Shown piece after piece: positions 49,200-64,000 of a stretch of 64,000 nucleotides of DNA (the stretch's first letter is position 1; each line of letters opens with the position of its first letter). The notes below the pieces were generated by a model. It was not told the DNA's origin. It made no database searches and saw nothing but the letters and a program-made list of their open reading frames with translations. Source of the DNA: the human T2T-CHM13v2.0 reference genome, Homo sapiens. The stretch lies in assembly GCF_009914755.1 (NCBI RefSeq), contig NC_060941.1. One strand, given 5' to 3'. Position numbers and translations under genes: made by a program.

Positions 49200-50050
49200 A
49201 GTCTAGGCCGGCGGTTAAGTCAATGCAACCGGAGACCCGGCTGCCCGTTGCCATGGGGACGGAAAGCTATGATGTCACCACCGTCCGGGTGGGTGTGCTG
49301 GGGTTCACCCTCCCATTTCCCCAAGACCCCCTGCCAGGACATAGGCGGACGCGGGAGAGAAAACCAAAAAGGCTCCCTCCTTCCCCTTAGCATCTCTCTC
49401 CCGCCGTGTTCAGGAAGTGGATGGCTGCCCCAGCTCTTGTCCGCACTGGTACACCTGCGTGCACGCGTGGGTACACAGCAGGCCCGAGCTTCGCGCTTGT
49501 GCCGCTCATATTCTACCCCTAAGAACTTCGCTTGAACTCTGACCTGCCCTTATATCCGAGAAAGTCAAATAAGCCCAGTTCGGCCTGTCCCAAACCGGCA
49601 GGGGCCCCTCAGACCACACCGGCGGGCTGGACCCCGGCTCTGAGGCCTCTGTTCCCAGGGCTCCGCCCAGATCTTCTGGGCCCCGCCCCCCGGCTGCGGG
49701 GGTGGGAGGAGGGGCCGGGGGGGCGCGGCAGCCTGGCTGGGGGCGGGGCGGAGGGGGGGCCGCGGACCCGGGGCGGGGGCTCGGCGCGGGCCCGCGAGAT
49801 GCCGGTGTTGGCGGCCCGAGCGGCTGCAGTTGCAGGGGCGGGGGAGGCGGCGGCGGGGCCCGGGAGAGGGGTGGCGTGGGGGACCGGCGCGTAGCCGGGA
49901 CCATGGAGGGGCAGAGCGGCCGCTGCAAGATCGTGGTGGTGGGAGACGCAGAGTGCGGCAAGACGGCGCTGCTGCAGGTGTTCGCCAAGGACGCCTATCC
50001 CGGGGTGAGGGACCTGCGTCTTGGGAGGGGGACGCTAAGGCTGCTGGGGG
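49200..50050 (+). promoter_or_regulatory. RND2: RND2 CpG island/promoter, G-rich with multiple GC boxes and an X-box (49247-49260)
   Basis: High CpG density; many GGGCGG; GTTGCCATGGGGAC. Confidence 0.78.
49903..50004 (+). CDS. RND2: RND2 exon 1 coding part
   Basis: ACCATGG Kozak; [21 protein letters not shown]...; GGG|gtgagg donor. Confidence 0.96.
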
Positions 50051-50347
50051 GTGGGTGACAGGGGCCCTGGCGACGGATGGGAATGGGTACTCGGGTAACC
50101 AGGGACAAGAGACAGGGGGTCGGAGGACGCGGGGAGGCCTTGAGGGCTCAGGAAGGACTGCAGAGGATTGGGGTGGGAGGAATTAGGGAGCAGGGTGAGA
50201 TAGATGGGGTTTGGGAGAACCAGAGCATCCGGGAGGGAGGGCGAGGGGAATGTCGGAGGTCCTGGGCAATGGAGAGGGGAAGAACTAGGGGGCTGAAGGG
50301 ACCAGAAGGGAACAGGAGGAGGTCTGGGAGCTTAGCAGAGATTCTCC

Positions 50348-50367
50348 GGGGGGGGGGGGGGGGGGGG
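50348..50367 (+). repeat. G20 homopolymer in RND2 intron 1
   Basis: 20 consecutive G. Confidence 0.9.
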
Positions 50368-50515
50368 CAGGAGCTCCCGGGATCTCCCCTTTGCCCAATC
50401 CCAGACCAACTTGTGTCCAGGGGCTGGGCTGGACGGGGTGTGGGAGTGAGGAGGGCATTTATCTGGGGTGAGGACTTGGAGAGATGATCTCATCTGGATC
50501 CATCCGTGTCTGCAG

Positions 50516-50603
50516 AGTTATGTCCCCACCGTGTTTGAGAACTACACTGCGAGCTTTGAGATCGACAAGCGCCGCATTGAGCTCAACATGTGGGACACTT
50601 CAG
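50516..50603 (+). CDS. RND2: RND2 exon 2 ([10 protein letters not shown]...WDTS)
   Basis: 88 nt; Rho effector loop. Confidence 0.96.
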
Positions 50604-51095
50604 GTAGCCAAGTCCCTGGGGGTCACCCTGACTTCCAAGGCGGCCCACTCTGTCCCCTCCCTTGGTTAGACCCTTAGGTTCCAGGTAAGCCCAGCCCATC
50701 CATCCAATTCCAACAGGAAGGGAAAAATCAATATTCTGCTAAAATCCAGGGAAACTGAGGTAGAACTTGCAGAGCCTGACAGAAACCATGTCCTGAAGGA
50801 GAAAGCCTAGGATCTGAGCCCCTCAGCTGGGTCCTGCCTACCTGGGAAAGTTGGGAAGGAATGGCTTTTAATTTGGAACATGTTCCTTCAGAGATAAGAC
50901 TGGGTTTAGAAAAGACATTTAGAGGCCAGGCACGGTGGCTCACGCCTGTAATCCTAGCACTTTGGGAGGCTGGGGTGGGGGGATCACCTGAGGTCAGGAG
51001 TTTGAGACCAGCCTGGCCAACATGGTTGAAACTCCGTCTCTACTAAAAATACAAAAATTAATCGGGCGTGTGGCACGTGCCTGTAATCTCAGCTA

Positions 51096-51230
<135 letters not shown>

Positions 51231-51738
51231 TTAGAATGTCTTGAGTGAGGGGTGGTCAGGAGGCTGTTTCTCTCCATTGAACTAGATAAATCTGAGGTCA
51301 AGTCCCAGGAGAATGGGAGAGTGCTCTCCCTGCCACTGCTCTTTTCCTCCTCCCAACATAAGGAGGGTTTTTATTTTTACAAGAGTTCCCTTCAGGGCTT
51401 TAGACTGCCAAAGCCCAGAAAGCACATGCAACATTTTATGAGAATGTCTATAGATTTTATGAGCTTCTCAAAGGGGTCCAAACCTCAGTCAAGAATAAAA
51501 ATTATTACTTTTTAAACCACTAGGGAAGCAGAGAGCCGTTTCCCACCATGTGACCTCCCTTCTGCCCGCTCCCCCACTTGGGAAACCCAGACTCCATGAT
51601 GGGTATTAATGATGGGTATTAATGGTTGCTCTTTTCCATTCTCTGCTCCCAGCATCCCTTGACCAGGATCTGTAAGGTCTCCCATTCCCTTCCAGGCCTC
51701 CCATCCACTCAGGCCCCTCATGCCCTGTCTTCCTTCAG

Positions 51739-51848
51739 GTTCCTCTTACTATGATAATGTCCGGCCTCTGGCCTATCCTGATTCTGATGCTGTGCTCATC
51801 TGCTTCGACATTAGCCGACCAGAAACACTGGACAGTGTTCTCAAGAAG
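51739..51848 (+). CDS. RND2: RND2 exon 3 ([14 protein letters not shown]...VLKK)
   Basis: 110 nt, GT-AG bounded. Confidence 0.96.
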
Positions 51849-52616
51849 GTGGGAGCCTGGGGAAATAGGGCAGCTAGACTGAGGGGGACCAGACCACCAT
51901 GGTCCTGACATAACATGGGCCAGGAGGAGGGAGTGATGGCTGGGGTATGGCCATCAGCTGGTTAGCGAGTGAAGCTCTCATCCCTGCCACCCCTGCCTCC
52001 AGCCCCCATCCCTCCCAGCCACCCCTTTCCTGAAAGTCCTCAGAGCTGGATACAGCAGCTAGGGGAGGTGGGGGAGTGAAGGGAGAAGCACTCACAGGAT
52101 TCCTTCTCTGCTCTTCCAACTCCTTGGCAGTGGGAGTCCCAGATGGAGGGGATGGGATGGGAAGCCTGATCCTGGAGCTCAGGAAAGCCCTGTGGCCTCC
52201 TCTCCAGGCCCCAGTTTCCATGACAAAAGCCAGGGGTGAATGGACAGAAGTCAGCTAGGGCAGCCCCAGTTCCCAGGTGGGGGAGGGGAGGGTGGGATAA
52301 ATTTGTTCCCAGGAGAGAGTATGGGAAAGGCGAGTGGGAATGGGAAGTTTCCAGGCTGGCAGACCCTTCATAGCCACTGAGGGAGAAGAGTCCACAGGCC
52401 CATGCCAGCCCTCTCCTCCCCGCTGCTTCTCTCTCACCCCATCCTGCTCTCAAACCAAGCCTAGCATTCTCACCTCCTTCCTCATGTGGGAGAGTCCTGA
52501 GGGATACATGGTTTCTGCGTGCTTGAGGAAGAGAGGGCACACTGCTGGCATGGCACAAAGGCTCACGCTGTGCCTCCCTCCACCCCTCCACAATTCTCTT
52601 TTCTTCTCCTACATAG

Positions 52617-52751
52617 TGGCAAGGAGAGACTCAAGAGTTCTGCCCCAATGCCAAGGTTGTGCTGGTTGGCTGTAAACTGGACATGCGGACTGACCTGGCC
52701 ACACTGAGGGAGCTGTCCAAGCAGAGGCTTATCCCTGTTACACATGAGCAG
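52617..52751 (+). CDS. RND2: RND2 exon 4 ([22 protein letters not shown]...THEQ)
   Basis: 135 nt, GT-AG bounded. Confidence 0.96.
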
Positions 52752-52987
52752 GTGGGACCCTTGACGTCTGACCTCATCCCAGCCTAGACCTGTCACCTCT
52801 GCCCCTTCAGTCTCTGATTTGAAAACACCTTACCTGGCTCATCCTTTGTTCTGGTCTGTGACCTCTGACCTGATCCCTTGACTGCCCCCAGCCTTGACAT
52901 TCAACCCCAGCCCACAGCCTCCATGCCCCTTTCTAAGCTGCAGGCTAAGACCTATAACTTTCTCCCATGCACTCCTTCCTTTTCCAG

Positions 52988-53236
52988 GGCACTGTGCTGG
53001 CCAAGCAGGTGGGGGCTGTGTCCTATGTTGAGTGCTCCTCCCGGTCCTCTGAGCGCAGCGTCAGGGATGTCTTCCATGTGGCTACAGTGGCCTCCCTTGG
53101 CCGTGGCCATAGGCAGCTGCGCCGAACTGACTCACGCCGGGGAATGCAGCGATCCGCTCAGCTGTCAGGACGGCCAGACCGGGGGAATGAGGGCGAGATA
53201 CACAAGGATCGAGCCAAAAGCTGCAACCTCATGTGA
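52988..53236 (+). CDS. RND2: RND2 exon 5 coding part (GTVLAKQVG...KSCNLM*)
   Basis: 249 nt; CAAX box; TGA 53234-53236. Confidence 0.96.
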
Positions 53237-53760
53237 GGGGCTAGGAGAGGGCAGAGTGTGAAGAGGGGTGGTGAGGGACACAATTGTTCCCCTGCCTGCG
53301 CCCAGGCTTCTTGACCTCCTGATCCTGGCTGGGAAGTTAGGGCAGGCAGAGCGAGCAATTCTGGGCAGGGGAGCTGGAGGGCAGAAGGGTATCATCGTTT
53401 CTCATCTCCTCCTCCCTCCTCTTCTCCAGTGGATGTTGAGGGAGCTAACAGGGCTGGCATCTGGGGCATGAACTGGGATGGGGCAGGTGGGCGTTAGGGA
53501 AGCTGGTATCAAATGGTGACCTTGGTGGAGTCTCCTATGTGAAGAGTACCCTCCCTCTCCACCCCCAGTCCCCATATCCTGGTTCTGGCCCAAGGAAAAT
53601 GTCCATTCTATGACCTTCTCTTTTCCTCTCCTCTCACTTCTGCAGCTATTCTCACACATCTAACCTCTAGGCAACATGCACTAAATTCAAAAGCAAGGAG
53701 AAGCCCTTGCCCCCCATCAGTCCACCAGCCCTAGAACCTCCCTTGCCTCAACAGTCACCT

Positions 53761-53766
53761 AATAAA
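53761..53766 (+). terminator. RND2: RND2 proximal polyadenylation signal AATAAA
   Basis: Followed by a GT/T-rich element at ~53789-53813. Confidence 0.75.
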
Positions 53767-56572
53767 GCCCACCTCCATGGAAAACGGCTGTGGCTTTAGT
53801 TTTGTTGCTTTTTAAAAAAATCAATCTACCAATCTCTAGCAGTAAGAGGGAAAGTTAGACCTCAGCTGGGGAACTTTCCTGTCCATGTCCACAGATAGAG
53901 CAGAGGACAAAGCCATAGGTTGGATCAGAAGTGTCCTTTTAGGAGTCAGAGTTGGGAGAAGGAGACATCCTGGGACTGTTCATCCTAGTTAATGAAGTGG
54001 GCAATTCTCAGGCCATTAGGGGGTTTTAGAGCAGACCGACATATAATTAGTCAGCATTTCTCAGCCCAGCCAGGCCTGCTGCTAGTGTGGGAGGGGTCCT
54101 GCTCACCATCTGTACCCCTGGCTTGGAGCCTGCTGGTACCCTGGGGGTTGTGGGGATAAGGAGGCATCAGGCCGGGCGCGCTGGCTCACGCCTGTAATCC
54201 CAGCACTTTGGGAGGCCGAGGTGGGCGGATCACAAGTTCAGGAGATCGAGACCATCCTGTCTAACACGGTGAAACCCCATCTCTGCTAAAAATACAAAAA
54301 ATTAGCCAGGCGCGGTGGCAGTGCCTGTAGTCCCAGCTGCTCGGGAGGCTGAGGCAGGAGAATGGTGTGAACCTGGGTGAACCTGGGAGGCGGAGCTTGC
54401 AGTGAGCCGAGATTGCGCCACTGCATTCTAGCCTGGGTGACAGAGCAAGACTCTGTCTCCAAAAAAAAAAAAAAAAAAAAAAAGAAGGCATCAAAAGCCT
54501 CCACATCACAGAAGCTACCCCTGTACAGCGTGAAGTTTCCTAAGAGGTCAGTAGTTTGATTCTGGGGTCTCCTTAGAGGCTCAGGCCAGGGACCTTTCTC
54601 TCCTCCCATGCTGAGTTTCATGATGGCTTTCAGGGGAGCATCAGCTGTTAGAGTCACCCCTACCCTGTCCCTTAAAGGAAAGACGGTGGAGAGGACGGCT
54701 GAGCGCCTGTTGTCAGGAAAGACAGTACTGGTCTGTTTTCTCGGGAGTCTGGTTTCAGATTGTCCTGTATTCCCTTCCTGGCTCTGGTCCCACTGGCCTC
54801 TTTTCGGTGACATTCTCCCCCAGGAACCATCCCTGGCCCTTCCCTCCCCCAGCCCTAGCCAGTTCTCCCAGACACACTGGAAGAGAACACTGACCTTACC
54901 CAACTATCTGCTGGGATCCCACCCAAATTTATAGCCCATTCCTCCCTCATTCATTCATTCAGCAAGTATGTACTGAACACCAACTGTGTGGCATACACTG
55001 GCTTGGGAGATTGCAAGGACCAGTCTCTAAGCTTTTGGAGGCCAGCCCAGTGTGGAAGAGAGGTACCTCAGGTGTGAGGGTGCCATGGCTGAGGGATATT
55101 TGTACATGTATGGGATGCTATGGGAGCTCCTTGCAGCCTGAGAAGCCAGTCCTGTGAGCCAGGTCCTGAGGGTTGAAGAGGAGTTTTCCGGGCAGGGAAA
55201 GGGTAGGAAAGGCACTCTGGGCAGAGGGTACAGCATGTGTAAACACGTGGAGATGAGAATGAGCATAGCACTGTTGGGGCTCCCATGGCAGGGAGAATAG
55301 AAGACAAGGCTAGGAAGGTACACTGAGGCTACTGCAGGGTCCACAGAGGAATCAGAATTTCATTCTGAGGATGAATGAAATCATCCTCAGAGGATGAAGC
55401 CACCAGGAATTTCAGGCAGAGAGTGAAGTGATCAGAGTTGTTTTTTGGATAGATGGTTATCTGGATGTGGTGTTGGAGCTGGGAGATTTGGCTCTGAGGT
55501 GTGTCATTTAAAATAATAGCTTCTCGGCAGTGGCTCACACCTATAATCCCAGCCAAGATTCCTCCTTTGGGAGGCCAAGCTGGGAGGATCGCTTGAGGCC
55601 AGGAGTTAGAGACTGCAGTGAGCTATGATCATGCCATTGTCTTCCAGCCTGAGTGTCAGAGTGAGACCCTGTCTCTAAAAAAAATTAAAAAATAAAAAAT
55701 AAAAAATAGCTTCTCCTTTCCCTTATGCCAGGTTCCAGTCTTGAGAGGAAAGGAATCCCTACCCACCACTCCCTGGATCATCAGATATCCCTATCCCAAC
55801 CTCTCCTATGGGACTAGTTCATCTCAGCCAGTCTCAAAGATTCTAGGATAACTTCAATGGCATTTGAAATTATCTAAGTGTGCTTGGATAACCACCCCCT
55901 CAAACTGAGACCTGGTTAGGGACTGACTCAAAGACCCTGAGTCCTCGGCTAAGGGTACAGGAGAGGGCAGGGGCTCCAGGCCCAGCTAGGTGGATCTCCA
56001 TCTGTCTCTGAGGACTGACCCTTTCCCCACAAGGACCTGCCATAAAAATCGACTTGCGATTTTTAGCTGAGTGGCTTCTCTTTTCCACTTTGGACTTCTC
56101 AGTGTATAGCAGGTTCAAGCCTGCAACCACCAAAGTGCAGAGTGTGGAGTGTTTGTGCCCCCTCTTTCCTCCAACCTCCATATCCTGCCATGTGAGCTCA
56201 GGGAATGCAAATGCATTTAAATATCCATCTAAAGCAAACATAATTAGAAAAATCAATCAGCTGGAGGACCCCCCAAAGTTTAATACATTTTCAATACCAC
56301 CAGGAATGGATTTTTGGTCCCTTTCTGCAGGTCTGGGTTGCCAGACGTTTTATTTCTGGGGAGGAGGGCTCTGGGCTGAGGAGCTCAGTGGGTGGGAGGA
56401 GGGAATGGGACTGTTGCTGATCCTCAAAGGCCTCTGTAGGATGGAGGGAGGGGACCTTACTCCCTTCCCCACCCCAGATGCAGGAGTCACCCAGCTTCCT
56501 TCTCTGCGCTGTTTCCTTCACAAATTAGACATTGGTTTGGGAAACAATGTAGCCTCGTTAAACATTTAATGA

Positions 56573-56578
56573 AATAAA
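56573..56578 (+). terminator. RND2: RND2 distal polyadenylation signal AATAAA
   Basis: Followed by TTTCTGTGT and a long T run. Confidence 0.7.
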
Positions 56579-56596
56579 CAAATAATCACACTGTGA

Positions 56597-57962
<1,366 letters not shown>

Positions 57963-60093
57963 ACTAGTGTTTCTTAACCTAGGCAATCCGCCTGCCTAGG
58001 AGGGAGGAGGGGGAAGGACAGGGTGGATGGGAAGAGAGGACTCAATCAAACTCCTGAAACACTTCAGCTGACAAGGGTCCTCCCCTTGTGACTCTGGCCC
58101 TCCCAGGGGGTAGTCGTGGGAAGAGCTTCAGGTTCAGAGGCAGAAGTCCCAGGGCCTGGGTTGAGCTCTGCTGCTTCTTCCCTGGGGAATCTTTGGTGAG
58201 GCCCAGCACCTCTCTGAACCTCAGTTTTTGCACCTAGAAAAGGGGGCTGATCACCACATCTACCTCATTGTGTTGCTCAGCTGATGTCAACTTTTATTCT
58301 TTACAACCAAGACACCAAGGCTTAAGTGCTTCTAAGCTGGGCCTGAGGGAGTTGGGAAAGGCTTCTTGGAGGGGTATTTTGTGCTGGGACTTAAAGGCTG
58401 GAGGAAGACAGAAGACAGAAAGCAGGAGGTGGTTATGTCTTGTTCCCACCCCTATCTTGGGGCCTGAAGAGAGCTTTAGTGACTCCTCCAAAGATTGAGG
58501 TCCCTCCCTGCCAAATCCCCCTCTGCGAGAAACACCCAAGAATGATCAATAAAAAAAAATAAATAAATTGAAAAAAAAAAAAAAGATTGAGGTCCCTTGG
58601 TCTCCATTTTTCTGAACTCCTCTTATTACGTTTTCTGCAGTCTCTGGGTGAGGACTTCATGTTGCCATAGTGACCCTCTCCCTGCTTCAGATGCACTCAG
58701 ACTTGTCCTGCAGGCTGAGGAAGGTGTGGGGGGAGGGGTCATGTCCCTGAGATTCCCAGTGGGGCAGGCACTCTTGGCACAGCTCTCTCCCCCAACTCCA
58801 CATTCTCTTCCCCAGGAAAGGGTTTAGCGTTTTGTTCTCAGTTTGTTCTACACAAGGCAGCTCCTCTCCTGCTTCCTTCCTTCCAGCCAGGTTCCCAGAT
58901 CTCCCTCCATCTCTGTCTGGTCAATCCCTTACTTGCTGTCCTCAAAGCTGTGAGTGAGGGTCAGAGAGAGGGGAGGCTCCAGGTCGGGAGGTGTGGGATG
59001 ATTCCTGAGTAGCTACCCGCTAGCAGCGGAGAGACAAGAGAGCCCTGTACACTAGTGCCCCTCCCGACAAGAAAATGCCTCTGCTGTTGACTCCTAAATA
59101 ACAGATGTCTGTCTGCATATTAATGAGACTGGACGAATAATTGGTGAGTTTTTCATTCAGTGTCAGAATGAACCCGGAGGCCTTATGTTCATGCACACAG
59201 ACACCCACTCACCCCTGACTCTCCCCTTCCCCCACAGCACAATGAAACAGACGCCAGCAGGCTTGACCCATAAAGGGGAGGGGCAGACAGGGAACCACCA
59301 GGAGGGCTGTTAGGGAGGGGTGTTAACAGGAGGGAGACCCCCATGGTTGGTCTGGGTTTGTCAGGTTTCTTTCTTGATCACTGCCTCCCCACCTCCCTGG
59401 GGGCAAAAGCTTGCATTTGTGAGATTTCGCCACGCTGCAGAAGGGGCTCAGAGAAGGAGGGGGCTCTGGGGGGACGCAGTCGCTGCCTAGAGGACAGCAA
59501 CAAAACAGTGGTCTCCTTCAGTGACTTTGTGCCTCCCTTGCGCCTGAAATCAATGAGCCCCTTACCCTGAGTTAGACCCTGTGCCAGGGTGTGAGATGGA
59601 AGAACAGAGGTTTTGGAGTCAGGTAACTACAATTTGCTAGCTGGGTGCCCTTGCACAAGTTACTTAACCTCTCTGAGCCTCACCCTTTTTGTCTCTAAGA
59701 ACACCTACCTTGCAAGATTGAAAGGATGAAATGAGATAAAGTGCATTATGTGTCTGTCTTAGTGCCTGGTTTATAATAGGCCCCAACACATATTTTTCTC
59801 TCCCCACCTATCCCCAAAACAAACCAAGACACTTGCTAAATTGCTGCCTCATGCCAGACCCACCTTTGTTAGGGCAGGGGTTAATTAAAAGTCTAGTAAT
59901 TATCCTAGCTGCCTGGAAACCAAGAGGAAAAGATACAGAGAGGAACAGAAACAGAGAAAAAGAAATAGACCCAGGAGACAGAATGATGGAAACGAAGGCC
60001 CCGGGAACAGGAGACCACAGAGATGGGAATAAGGGCACAGAGAAGGTATTATGGGGAAACGAAGTGAACCCTCAAATGACAGTTTAGAATCCA

Positions 60094-63693
<3,600 letters not shown>

Positions 63694-64000
63694 CTAGTTT
63701 TCCAAAGGTCTTGAGAGTGGAACCAATAGTTGGATAAGCCCTTCAATGCACTGAGTCCATTCATTCATCCTTTACTTCATTCATTTAGGAAAAACCCACT
63801 GGATGCCTAACAAAGTATCTGCTAGTTACAGAGCTGGGTTATATCAAAGATAAAATAATTATGGTCATAAGGGATTATAAGGACCTTCTAGTCAAATAGA
63901 GAGGATAACATATGCACACAAGTAACTTCAATTGAATAAAGTCTCACAAATAAAGCAAAACTTCTGGAGTATTCTAAGTGGGGAGAGATTCTGGCCTAGA

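Noticed and set aside
51596-51624. 13-bp tandem duplication ATGATGGGTATTA x2 in RND2 intron 2
   Set aside because: Ordinary slippage micro-duplication with no functional context

Overview
Human (or very closely related primate) genomic DNA, very Alu-rich. I recognise it from the proteins as the 17q21.31 cluster next to the 3' end of BRCA1; BRCA1 itself is not in the window. Gene order: 5' half of PTGES3L (-, head-to-head with RUNDC1), RUNDC1 (+, 613 aa), RPL27 (+, 136 aa), IFI35 (+, 286/288 aa), VAT1 (-, 393 aa, tail-to-tail with IFI35) and RND2 (+, 227 aa, divergent from VAT1). I assembled all exons by hand from GT-AG boundaries, and the five complete genes give intact ORFs. Also present: a Y4 RNA pseudogene, CpG-island promoters, dozens of Alus, and L1/MER fragments. 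I see no new gene family or wholly new system. The best leads are regulatory: a 6-nt in-frame microexon in RUNDC1 intron 1; a cluster of RFX X-boxes in VAT1 intron 2 plus more around RND2; a CArG/E-box/MEF2 muscle-promoter triad inside the PTGES3L N-terminal extension; an E-box pair flanking a CA microsatellite 3' of RND2; a stronger PTC-creating donor in RND2 intron 2; and an Alu-mediated tandem duplication upstream of IFI35. Repeat boundaries and TSS/3' ends are approximate and read by eye.
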